Source: Candidatus Tayloriibacteriota bacterium
Lineage (GTDB): Bacteria; Patescibacteriota; Minisyncoccia; Phycocordibacterales; PALSA-1337
Direction of reading: 5' to 3'
NCBI GenBank assembly: GCA_037129895.1
Contig: JBAXUB010000007.1
Coordinates: 1 to 57,505, forward strand
Length of the DNA stretch: 57,505 nt
The position numbers and the translations under genes are program-made. The notes under the pieces are model-generated. The model was not told the origin of the DNA. It saw only the letters and a program-made list of their open reading frames with translations, and did not search any database. Shown piece by piece: positions 44,958-54,389 of the stretch. Positions within the stretch are counted from its first letter, which is position 1, and each line of letters begins with the position of its first letter.

Positions 44958-46007
44958 ATGCTTAAACACGATTCAAAACTCAATCCAAAAATTTTTGACA
45001 AGAATGTCGAGCTTGGTTCAGTTCGGCAAGGCTTTGGACTCGGCATAGTTAGAGCTGGTGAGATAGACAAGAACGTGGTTGCTCTATGTGCAGACCTTAC
45101 GGAATCATTGCAATTGGATAAATTCAAAGCCAAATTTCCAAATCGATTCATAGAAGTGGGTGTTGCAGAGCAGAACCTCGTAACTATCGCAAGTGGTATG
45201 GCTAGAGCAGGCAAGATCCCATTTATCGGTTCATACGCAGTATTCAGTCCTGGGAGAAATTGGGAACAGATAAGGACGACAGTTTGCTATAACAATTTGC
45301 CAGTTAAAATCATTGGATCACATGCTGGTGTAACGGTTGGTCCTGATGGAGGTAGTCATCAAGCATTGGAAGATATTGCACTGATGAGAGTTCTTCCTCG
45401 AATGGTTGTTATTTCACCGTGTGATGCTCTAGAAGCCTACAAAGCGACGATCGCAGCTGCAAAGACCGCTGATCCTACATATATTCGCCTTGCTCGTGAC
45501 AAGACTCCTATCATATCCACAGAGTCTACACCATTTGATATAGGCAAAGCCCAGGTCGTGTACGAATCTGATATTACTTCAAATATTCACAATACAAGGA
45601 AGTCATCTCTCGAAATGAATGGTCCCAAACACAAATTTGACGTAGGTATCATCGCGACCGGTCCCTCTGTATACAGGGCATTGATGGTTGCTCGAAAACT
45701 CGATAGAGAGCTGAAGAGGGTAAAAGTATTGAATGTCTCAACTATCAAACCTCTAGATGAACACGCCGTCCTATCGATCGCACACGACTCCAGATCTCTA
45801 GTAACAGTCGAGGATCATCAGATATCTGGAGGTTTGGGATCAGTGATAGCAGAGTTTTTGTCGCACAATTTTCCGACTCACATCGAATACATCGGCATAA
45901 GGGATCAGTTTGGGCAATCTGGAACTCCAGAGGAATTGGTCGAGCATTATAGAATCGGCGAGAATGATATCTACGATGCGGCTCACAGAGTGATGTTGAG
46001 AAAATAA
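44958..46007 (+). CDS. tkt: Transketolase, C-terminal (pyrimidine-binding) subunit
   Basis: 349 aa. FIEVGVAEQNLVTIASGMA, GPDGGSHQALEDIA, VEDHQISGGLGS. Confidence 0.92.
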   Translation: MLKHDSKLNPKIFDKNVELGSVRQGFGLGIVRAGEIDKNVVALCADLTESLQLDKFKAKFPNRFIEVGVAEQNLVTIASGMARAGKIPFIGSYAVFSPGRNWEQIRTTVCYNNLPVKIIGSHAGVTVGPDGGSHQALEDIALMRVLPRMVVISPCDALEAYKATIAAAKTADPTYIRLARDKTPIISTESTPFDIGKAQVVYESDITSNIHNTRKSSLEMNGPKHKFDVGIIATGPSVYRALMVARKLDRELKRVKVLNVSTIKPLDEHAVLSIAHDSRSLVTVEDHQISGGLGSVIAEFLSHNFPTHIEYIGIRDQFGQSGTPEELVEHYRIGENDIYDAAHRVMLRK

Positions 46008-46939
46008 CGCGTTGGTGTTATGCTTTATATCGAATGAACTTTCAAGATCTTTTAAGAAAAGGTCGTAAGAAGGTCAAGACGAGTGGACTATCGTCTGTAG
46101 CGGACCGGCCGCGGATACAATCAAAGGGATTCGTTCCTTTTGGTGGTCTCCTCCGCCGAGGAAAACACACAAAACCGTCGACGTACCAGCATCGCTTGCC
46201 TCATCTGATTGAGCGCATGTCATACTAGGTATAGTCTACAACAACATGAGTCTCGCAGGCCCCAATCGGTCTGCGAGCTCTTCTTTTTCTACTCAATATT
46301 ACGAATATGCGATGTCTCCATACCTGTGTATAACTACTGTTTACAACACTTGCATTATTAATGGGCAGAGCTATACTTATATCCACAAATGCGTTCATAT
46401 AATATTACATCCGTCTCCGTCAAGAATCTCATCACAACTATGATGAGAGTTTGGAGTCGGTCTGTGTAATGAATTGGGAGGATTAATTACAGAAACGGGC
46501 TCCAAACAGAAGGAGTCCATTTTTATAGTTCTTTTGCTCTTTCAAAATTTCCTCTCCACCTATTGTGGTGAGGTAGTTAGGTAAATAGTCAGTGATAGAT
46601 AAAATAGAAAGTAATATGTATGAAACAAACTGGAACTGTTGAAATGCCTATCGAAAATCACAAACTGTATTGTGATTCGTTCGGCGAAAGTGTTGTGATG
46701 CACCCAAATCCGGGTGACATCGTCTTCATCGATGATTGTGAAGGAGGCTTCAGTCGTCAGCCCGTCAAAATCACATCGCACCTTACCATGGTGCAACTTG
46801 GCGACGCTGACTGATGCGTTAGCCAAAAGGACTTCAGTACCAACTGTTGATCCCAGCTCAAAGCGCCCGTGATTCATACTCGCGGGCCTTTTCTATTTCT
46901 ATTTCTGCAATTTTACTTGTTGAAGTCGCATTTTTGTCA

Positions 46940-46945
46940 TATAAT
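46940..46945 (+). promoter_or_regulatory. TATAAT box 7 nt upstream of the uvrB ATG
   Basis: TATAAT at 46940-46945, spacer cgatcat, ATG at 46953. No SD sequence. Confidence 0.35.
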
Positions 46946-46952
46946 CGATCAT

Positions 46953-49022
46953 ATGTCAAAACAGGTATTCCAACTAGCAACACCCTATGCACCAGCCGGC
47001 GATCAGCCAAGAGCTATCAAGGCACTCGTAGACGGCCTAAATAGTGGCTATGATAAGCAGACATTGCTCGGTGTTACCGGCTCAGGCAAGACCTTTACCA
47101 TGGCAAATGTTATCGCCAAGATCGGTAAACCAACATTGGTTATAGCACACAACAAAACACTGGCCGCACAACTAGCCCAGGAATATCGTGAGTTTTTTCC
47201 CAATAATGCTGTTCACTACTTCGTATCATATTACGATTACTACCAACCCGAAGCGTATATTCCATCTAGTGATACGTATATAGAAAAGGAGGCTATGATC
47301 AACGAGGAGATCGAGAGACTCCGTCACGCATCTACTCAAGCTCTATTGACTCGTAAGGATGTGATCATCGTTGCATCAGTATCTTGTATATATGGTTTGG
47401 GAAGCCCTGAGGAGTATGTGAAGGTCAATATGAAATTGAGTGTTGGAATGGAGATATCAAGGGCAGAACTGATTCGTAAACTGATCAATATACATTTCGT
47501 AAGGACAAATGCCGATCTAAAATCGGGCAATTTTAGAGCAGTAGGTAATACTATCGAGATTATGCCAGTGAATGAAAAGACAATATTTCGTATCGAATAT
47601 GATTCTTCATCCATATCACATATAACTGAGTTGGATCCGGTGTCACGCTCGGTCCGCGGTACCCACACTGACATATTCGTCTTTCCAGCTAAACATTTTA
47701 TCTCGAGTGATGAACAGAGCAAAAACGCATTGAAAACGATAAAGGCAGAGCTTGAAGGCAGACTCAAAGTTTTAGATAGGGCAGGAAAAGTATTGGAGTC
47801 AGAACGTCTGAAGAGACGAGTCAAATACGATCTAGCAATGATCCGTGAGATCGGCTATACGAATGGTATTGAGAACTATTCTAGACATTTCTCTGGAAAG
47901 ATGCCCGGTGACCCACCTGATTCACTCTTGTCATATTTTCCTCATACAAAGGATGGTAAAGCTGAATTTCTCACAGTTGTTGATGAATCTCACGTCACGA
48001 TTCCACAATTGAATGGAATGTACGCCGGCGACGCATCTCGTAAAGACACACTAGTTGAGCATGGATTCCGATTACCATCAGCAAAAGATAACAGACCACT
48101 CAGGTTTGACGAATTCCTAGAGAGGATCGGGCCTATGATCTACACATCAGCAACTCCGGGTAAGTATGAAAACGCTAACAGTGAACAAGTGGTGGAGCAG
48201 GTCATTCGTCCGACTGGTCTCATAGATCCTCAGGTTGAAATACGACCTATCAAAGAGCAACAACCGATGCTGTCACATACTTATAGAGGTCAAATATTCG
48301 ACTTCATAGATGAGGCTGAGAAAACCATAAAGAAAGGCGACCGTGTGCTCGCAACTACATTAACAAAGAAGATGGCTGAAGACCTAACTGAATTTCTGAA
48401 GGAAAAAAACATAAAATCAGCCTATCTCCACAGTGACGTAAAAACAATAGAACGTATAACGATTCTTACCGATTTCAGAAAAGGGAAGTATGATATTTTG
48501 GTCGGAGTCAATCTCCTACGCGAGGGGCTCGATCTGCCGGAAGTATCACTTATAGGTATTCTAGATGCAGACAAGGAAGGATTTCTACGGTCGGAAACAG
48601 CACTGATACAGACTATTGGCCGTGCCGCGCGCAATGCGGCTGGAAAAGTTATACTCTATGCTGACAACATAACAGGTTCCATTGAGAGGGCACTGAGAGA
48701 AACAGACCGTCGTCGCGCTATCCAGGTTGCGTATAATACCGAGCATGGGATCACACCTCAAACTATAATAAAGAAGATCCACGATATAACTGACCAATTG
48801 CGTACTGAACATGACAAGGCAGTGAATGAACTGATGGTGATCGATGATGAGCTGGCTCGTGTGAACCCCAAACAACTAATGAAGCAGAAGGAAGCCGCTA
48901 TGGAGGAGGCTGTAAAAATGCTTGATTTTGAAACGGCGGCACTCATACGAGACGAGATATTCAAGCTAAAGGAGAAGTTTGGTGAAAGCATGAAATATCG
49001 AGACGGTCACAATCTGTTGTGA
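46953..49022 (+). CDS. uvrB: Excinuclease ABC subunit B
   Basis: An ATG at 46953 gives 689 aa. PAGDQPRAI, GVTGSGKT, helicase motifs, and a C-terminal UVR motif (LDFETAALIRDEI). Confidence 0.97.
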   Translation: MSKQVFQLATPYAPAGDQPRAIKALVDGLNSGYDKQTLLGVTGSGKTFTMANVIAKIGKPTLVIAHNKTLAAQLAQEYREFFPNNAVHYFVSYYDYYQPEAYIPSSDTYIEKEAMINEEIERLRHASTQALLTRKDVIIVASVSCIYGLGSPEEYVKVNMKLSVGMEISRAELIRKLINIHFVRTNADLKSGNFRAVGNTIEIMPVNEKTIFRIEYDSSSISHITELDPVSRSVRGTHTDIFVFPAKHFISSDEQSKNALKTIKAELEGRLKVLDRAGKVLESERLKRRVKYDLAMIREIGYTNGIENYSRHFSGKMPGDPPDSLLSYFPHTKDGKAEFLTVVDESHVTIPQLNGMYAGDASRKDTLVEHGFRLPSAKDNRPLRFDEFLERIGPMIYTSATPGKYENANSEQVVEQVIRPTGLIDPQVEIRPIKEQQPMLSHTYRGQIFDFIDEAEKTIKKGDRVLATTLTKKMAEDLTEFLKEKNIKSAYLHSDVKTIERITILTDFRKGKYDILVGVNLLREGLDLPEVSLIGILDADKEGFLRSETALIQTIGRAARNAAGKVILYADNITGSIERALRETDRRRAIQVAYNTEHGITPQTIIKKIHDITDQLRTEHDKAVNELMVIDDELARVNPKQLMKQKEAAMEEAVKMLDFETAALIRDEIFKLKEKFGESMKYRDGHNLL

Positions 49023-49028
49023 TATACT
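49020..49028 (+). promoter_or_regulatory. Candidate extended -10 box (TGaTATACT), 6 nt before the ATG at 49035
   Basis: It overlaps the uvrB stop codon. Spacer is tagaac. Confidence 0.3.
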
Positions 49029-49034
49029 TAGAAC

Positions 49035-49862
49035 ATGACCGTAGAGCAATCTAAAGCATCAAAGAAAGATAAGATCCTAGTAGTAGAAGGTAATGTCATA
49101 TTTGGCCAGCAGATAGCGGATAGACTCAATCATGAAGGTTATGAAGCCATCTTGGTCAAGAACGGCGTTGAAGCATTGAAACTATTATACAATGTTCTAC
49201 CTAGACTCGTACTCATGAACGTTATCCTGCCAGGATACGATAGTTATGCTCTGTTGAAGCAAAAGATGGCAGAGCCGCTACTTCGCAAAATTCCAGTTTT
49301 TCTTTTGTCGACTCAGGGTCTTCCGATCAATATGAACAAGATTCCACAAGATAGTGTGGCCGAATTCGTCATGCAGTTCAAGGAAGATGCGTCAAGTATA
49401 GTCAATAGAGTAAAGACATTTCTCGGAGATACTACTTCGAAAACCACCGTTGGTTCAAAGACTACCGAGTCAGCTTCAGGCACTATCAATGGTAATAAGA
49501 AGAAAATACTGTGGGTTGAAGATGACAAATTGATATCAAATATTCTCGGTAAAAAATTGATAGCGTCAGGATTTGAGCTTCTGCATGTTGTCAATGGTGA
49601 AGAAGCATTGAGAACATTATCGACTGAGAGACCGAATATCATAATATTGGACTTACTATTGCCTGGAATGAACGGCCTAGACATACTACAGAAGATCGAA
49701 TCGAACCCGATATACAAGGCGGTACCTGTCATGATACTCACAAACCTAGACAAACAGAGTGACCGAGATAGAGCGAAGTTGCTAGGAGCAAGAATTTTTC
49801 TAGTCAAAGCCAATACTTCACTTGATCAGATCGTAAAAGAAATCCAACAATACTGTTCATAG
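49035..49862 (+). CDS. Tandem receiver protein: pseudo-receiver followed by a canonical receiver, no output domain
   Basis: 275 aa. REC1 has VVEGN and LMNVILPG, with Asn at the phospho-acceptor position. REC2 has WVEDD, ILDLLLPGMNG, ILTN and LVKAN. Confidence 0.8.
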   Translation: MTVEQSKASKKDKILVVEGNVIFGQQIADRLNHEGYEAILVKNGVEALKLLYNVLPRLVLMNVILPGYDSYALLKQKMAEPLLRKIPVFLLSTQGLPINMNKIPQDSVAEFVMQFKEDASSIVNRVKTFLGDTTSKTTVGSKTTESASGTINGNKKKILWVEDDKLISNILGKKLIASGFELLHVVNGEEALRTLSTERPNIIILDLLLPGMNGLDILQKIESNPIYKAVPVMILTNLDKQSDRDRAKLLGARIFLVKANTSLDQIVKEIQQYCS

Positions 49863-49941
49863 CAACGATCGTTAAGCGTTGGTGTTGGTTCATGTGGCGT
49901 CCTTGCGGGAAGCCATTTTTTGTGATATTCTTCGCCCACTC

Positions 49942-52584
49942 ATGTCATCCCCAAAAATTAACAAACCTGCGCGAAAACAGATCATTGGTGAAAACAAGAT
50001 CGTTGTTAAAGGTGCACGTACACATAATCTGAAAAACATAACTGTAGAAATGCCGCGCAATGCGATGATAGCTATAACTGGCCTATCTGGGTCAGGTAAG
50101 TCATCATTAGCGTTCGATACGATATTCGCAGAAGGACAAAGACGTTACGTCGAGTCGCTATCTGCATACGCTAGACAATTCTTGCACAAAATGCAAAAAC
50201 CAGACGTAGATGAGATCACCGGACTTTCACCCGCTATTTCGATTGACCAGAAATCGCGCTCAAATAATCCCAGATCAACTGTTGCGACTATAACCGAAAT
50301 ATACGATTATTTGCGCATACTATTCGCTAGAGTTGGAAAACCTCATTGTCTAGTATGTGGACGCCTCATTCATCGAGTTTCAAAAGAAGAGATCATGGAT
50401 ACAGTACTACGGACTGTATCAGCAAAGACAACCAAAGCAAAAAACGTGTTTGGTATAGACATTACCGATGCGAAATTGCGCATATATGCACCTGTCGTAG
50501 TCGGTAGAAAGGGTGAGTACTATCAGATGCTCTATGACATGTTAGGTAAGGGTTATGAAAAAGTGCGAATAGACGGGAAGATATATCGCTTGAGAGATCA
50601 AATTGTACTAGACAAAAACAAGAAGCATGATATCGACGTATTGATCGATGAGATATTCATAAGTGAATTCAAGACCGGAAAGAAGGGGACTGAGGCCGAG
50701 ACAAAAGCAGGCGATAACGCCAAGGAGCGTCTTTCAGAGAGCCTCGAGCGAGCTACCAACGAAGCAGAGGGTCTGATACGGGTTGAGTATCCAGGCGATG
50801 AGGAAGTTCTAATGTCAGTTAGGTTCATGTGTCCGTACGACGGATTCTCGTACCCGGAGATAGAACCTAGACTATTTTCTTTCAACTCGCCATACGGAGC
50901 GTGTGCTACATGTAACGGTCTAGGAACAGAGAGTATATTCAGTGATGCACCATGCAAGGCATGTAAAGGTGCCCGTCTCAGAGATGAAGCTCTCAACGTA
51001 AAGATCAGCGACATCAACATAGTCGATGTCGTAACTATGTCTATAGAAAAGGCGGTGCCATATTTTACTGATATTCAATTGACCGAGACAGAAAAGGATA
51101 TAGCAAAGGTTGTCCTCAAGGAGATCCGCGCGAGACTCTCATTCATGGTCAATGTAGGAATAGAATACCTGACACTCGATAGAAGGGCTCACACCTTATC
51201 AGGAGGCGAAGCACAACGCATCAGATTGGCTTCTCAGCTGGGTTCTGGACTCGTCGGTGCACTCTATGTACTCGATGAACCAACGATCGGTTTACATCAA
51301 CGCGATAACGATAGACTGATAAATACGCTCATACGCTTGCGCGATCTGGGCAATACGATAGTTGTAGTAGAACATGACGAAGATACGATGTACGCGTCAG
51401 ACTACATCATCGATATAGGTCCTGGTGCAGGAGTTCATGGTGGTAAAGTCGTTGTATCAGGATATCTAGACGAATTACTGACTGCCAAAAAGAATACTTC
51501 AAACTCGCTTACTCTGTCATATTTGAGAGGTGAAAGTGTAATACCACAACCAAAGACGCGCAGACAGCCAAAGGGTAAGATCATGGTTCGTGACGGAAAC
51601 GTTTTTAACATAAAAAATATGAATGTTGATATACCACTTGGATGTCTAAATGTCATAACCGGAGTATCTGGATCAGGAAAGTCATCTCTCATGTATGAGA
51701 TACTCTACCGCAATCTCGCATCTCGATATGAGACGAGGCACAGATCCAATGAAACAATCAACTGCAAGAGCTTTACCGGTTCTGAATATGTAGGTCGAGT
51801 CATATTGATCGATCAAAGCCCGATCGGTAGGACTCCTAGATCTAACCCAGCGACATATACTGGGTCATGGACGCACATACGAGATCTATTCGCGAGCGAA
51901 CCAGAAGCACGAGCGAGAGGTTGGGGAGCGGGTAGGTTTTCATTCAATAGACCTGGTGGGCGTTGTGAGAATTGTGAGGGAAATGGTGAGATAGCGGTTG
52001 AAATGCACTTTCTACCAACTGTGTATGTAGTTTGTGATGTCTGTAATGGCAAGAGATTCATGAAGGAAACTCTGGATATCAAATACCGCGGCAAGAATAT
52101 TCATGAAGTTTTGGAACTAACAATAGAAGAAGCTCTATCATTTTTCAAGGACATTCCTGCGGTTGAAGATAGACTAGCCACTTTGAACGAAGTAGGTTTG
52201 GGATACGTCAAATTGGGCCAATCAGCTACAACTCTATCAGGTGGCGAAGCGCAACGTGTGAAAATCTCATCTGAACTATACCGAGCACATATGCAGAAGA
52301 CTATATACTTGCTCGATGAACCAACTGTCGGTTTGCATTACCAAGATGTTGCGAAACTTATAGAAATTCTTCAAAGTTTAGTAGAAAAAGGAAACACTGT
52401 CGTCGTCATCGAACACAATCTGGATCTGATAAAGAATGCTGACTATGTGATAGACGTCGGACCAGAAGGAGGCGAGCGTGGGGGAAATATCGTTGCAACA
52501 GGGACTCCGGAGGATATTGCCAGAAATGGAAAAAGTTATACAGGTAAATATTTGAAAAATATTTTAAAAAAAGACCGCCTTTAG
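49942..52584 (+). CDS. uvrA: Excinuclease ABC subunit A
   Basis: An ATG at 49942 gives 880 aa. Two ABC modules (GLSGSGKSS, GVSGSGKSS, two LSGGEAQR) and zinc-finger Cys pairs (CxxC). Confidence 0.97.
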   Translation: MSSPKINKPARKQIIGENKIVVKGARTHNLKNITVEMPRNAMIAITGLSGSGKSSLAFDTIFAEGQRRYVESLSAYARQFLHKMQKPDVDEITGLSPAISIDQKSRSNNPRSTVATITEIYDYLRILFARVGKPHCLVCGRLIHRVSKEEIMDTVLRTVSAKTTKAKNVFGIDITDAKLRIYAPVVVGRKGEYYQMLYDMLGKGYEKVRIDGKIYRLRDQIVLDKNKKHDIDVLIDEIFISEFKTGKKGTEAETKAGDNAKERLSESLERATNEAEGLIRVEYPGDEEVLMSVRFMCPYDGFSYPEIEPRLFSFNSPYGACATCNGLGTESIFSDAPCKACKGARLRDEALNVKISDINIVDVVTMSIEKAVPYFTDIQLTETEKDIAKVVLKEIRARLSFMVNVGIEYLTLDRRAHTLSGGEAQRIRLASQLGSGLVGALYVLDEPTIGLHQRDNDRLINTLIRLRDLGNTIVVVEHDEDTMYASDYIIDIGPGAGVHGGKVVVSGYLDELLTAKKNTSNSLTLSYLRGESVIPQPKTRRQPKGKIMVRDGNVFNIKNMNVDIPLGCLNVITGVSGSGKSSLMYEILYRNLASRYETRHRSNETINCKSFTGSEYVGRVILIDQSPIGRTPRSNPATYTGSWTHIRDLFASEPEARARGWGAGRFSFNRPGGRCENCEGNGEIAVEMHFLPTVYVVCDVCNGKRFMKETLDIKYRGKNIHEVLELTIEEALSFFKDIPAVEDRLATLNEVGLGYVKLGQSATTLSGGEAQRVKISSELYRAHMQKTIYLLDEPTVGLHYQDVAKLIEILQSLVEKGNTVVVIEHNLDLIKNADYVIDVGPEGGERGGNIVATGTPEDIARNGKSYTGKYLKNILKKDRL

Positions 52585-52619
52585 GAGACGGCCATATACG
52601 AATGTTATACATGATTTCA

Positions 52620-52745
52620 TCAATGTGCACGTACATAACCGATGAGTATCGAAATTAGTGCGCTTATGATGATCGCTACCATGAATATTGTCAATGAAAC
52701 CTTGAAACCTCTCGACAGGTCATCGACAGTTGGTTTCCTATTCAT
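52620..52745 (-). CDS. Candidate 41-aa small tail-anchored membrane protein (below the ORF-track cutoff)
   Basis: Hand-translated as MNRKPTVDDLSRGFKVSLTIFMVAIIISALISILIGYVRAH. It is preceded by gagaggggg 7 nt upstream and resembles the C-terminal half of the next ORF. Confidence 0.35.
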   Translation of the reverse strand: MNRKPTVDDLSRGFKVSLTIFMVAIIISALISILIGYVRAH

Positions 52746-52819
52746 GGTGAACCCCCTCTCAATCTAGATAGAACTATCTCGTAAATCCGATTACGAATGT
52801 TGATCATAATATTCCTCCA

Positions 52820-53053
52820 TCAATTGGTTAAGAAATCGAATGGCTCAGTGATCAGTGGACCATGACTATGAGTAACGTAAGCCAGAAATATAGTCGCAAG
52901 GACGATGATGACCAAAATCATGAAGAATGTAAAAACAGATAGAGGGTTCGAAACGAACCGCTTTCTCGGTGGAGCTTTGTACGAATCTAAACCGATCGCT
53001 TGGCCAATACATGGCATGGATTTTCTCGATTGTATAGAGCGTGAGTACTTCAT
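52820..53053 (-). CDS. Small membrane protein (77-aa ORF, true start uncertain)
   Basis: One TM helix (FTFFMILVIIVLATIFLAYV) preceded by a basic PPRKRF segment. Confidence 0.4.
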   Translation of the reverse strand: MKYSRSIQSRKSMPCIGQAIGLDSYKAPPRKRFVSNPLSVFTFFMILVIIVLATIFLAYVTHSHGPLITEPFDFLTN

Positions 53054-53131
53054 ATATTTTCAAACCCTAGGTGTGGGCTTCAGTCTATGGCGCACTTGCG
53101 TCATTTCTTCAAATACCATACTCTTAACTTC

Positions 53132-54385
53132 ATGATCCGTCAATATGTGAACAAACTGAATTTACCCCGAGAACCAGGTGTATATATATTCCGGGATTAC
53201 AAGGAGAAACCTATATATATTGGCCGTGCCACATCGCTCAAGGATAGAGTGAAAAGCTATTTTTCGATCGATCTTATCAAAACTCGCGGTCCCAGGATCA
53301 TCGATATGGTGACAAGGTCCAAGTCGCTTTCATTCGAAGAGACTGACTCGGTATTGGAGGCAATCATCTTGGAAAGTAGTTTGATCAAGAAATATCAGCC
53401 GAAATACAATGTCGATGAAAAGGACGATAAAAGTTCAGAATACGTTGTGATCACAGATGAATTGTGGCCGAGAGTATTTCTGTCGAGATCAAGGGATATC
53501 GATCAATCGATAAAGGCAGGAACATTACCATACAAGATCGATAAGCTATTTGGTCCATATCCATACGGTGGAGTTATCAAGGATGCATTACAGATCTTGA
53601 GAAAACTATTTCCATTCAAAGATGAGAAATCCCTCGACCCGAGGCATGATCGATTCTATAGATCGATAGGTCGATCTCCATCGATAGGTGAACAGACGCT
53701 GGATGAGGCAAACAAGCAATACCACAAGACGATCAAATATTTGATTCTATTTTTTCAGGGCAAGAAGAAGACCATACGAAACAAGGTTATGAAAGATATG
53801 ATTCGTCAGGCAAATACCATGCATTTTGAGGACGCCCAAAGGTCAAAGAAACTACTCTACGCTCTCGATCATATAGATGACATGGCCCTCATAAAGAATG
53901 AGGACAATGGTGATACTAGTCACTCAGTCGGATCGTTTCGTATTGAAGCTTATGATGTTGCCCATCTCTCCGGTACCAATGTTGTAGGCGCTATGGTCGT
54001 TATGATAAATGGGAAAAATATGTCATCTGAATATAGGAAATTCAATCTGAGCAGACAAGTGAATAATGATGCTTCATCTCTAGCGGAGATCTTGCTTCGC
54101 CGTTTCAATCACACGGAATGGACTTATCCAGATCTCATCATTGTTGACGGTAATCACATACAGAAGAATGTAGCTGAAAGTGTACTAAAGTCACGACGTC
54201 TCGATATTCCTGTTGTAGCAGTCACCAAAAACGCGGCACATAAAGCCGAGAACCTGCTGGGTGACGGAGTAACGATAGATAGATACAGACGAGAGATCAT
54301 CAAGATCAACACTGAAGCACACCGTTACACTATCAAACATCATAGGAATGTTAGATCAAAAGTATTTAAACCTGTGATACAATAA
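53132..54385 (+). CDS. uvrC: Excinuclease ABC subunit C, short form lacking the C-terminal (HhH)2 domain
   Basis: An ATG at 53132 gives 417 aa. GIY-YIG (PGVYIFRD...IYIGRATSLKDRVKSYF), a UVR-like helix (MHFEDAQRSKKLL), and an endonuclease domain (IEAYDVAHLSG ... EAHRYTI). The protein ends right after that. Confidence 0.85.
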   Translation: MIRQYVNKLNLPREPGVYIFRDYKEKPIYIGRATSLKDRVKSYFSIDLIKTRGPRIIDMVTRSKSLSFEETDSVLEAIILESSLIKKYQPKYNVDEKDDKSSEYVVITDELWPRVFLSRSRDIDQSIKAGTLPYKIDKLFGPYPYGGVIKDALQILRKLFPFKDEKSLDPRHDRFYRSIGRSPSIGEQTLDEANKQYHKTIKYLILFFQGKKKTIRNKVMKDMIRQANTMHFEDAQRSKKLLYALDHIDDMALIKNEDNGDTSHSVGSFRIEAYDVAHLSGTNVVGAMVVMINGKNMSSEYRKFNLSRQVNNDASSLAEILLRRFNHTEWTYPDLIIVDGNHIQKNVAESVLKSRRLDIPVVAVTKNAAHKAENLLGDGVTIDRYRREIIKINTEAHRYTIKHHRNVRSKVFKPVIQ

Positions 54386-54389
54386 TGTC

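Noticed and set aside
46034-46228. 64-aa highly basic ORF after tkt, considered as a ribosomal-protein-like small gene
   Set aside because: It has no recognisable family motif, and the basic composition may just reflect a GC-rich patch. It stays unresolved inside the 46008-46952 finding rather than being called as a feature.
52585-52619. Intrinsic terminator after uvrA (aaaaaagaccgcctttaggagacggcc)
   Set aside because: The putative arms pair over only 3-4 bp, so this is not a convincing hairpin.
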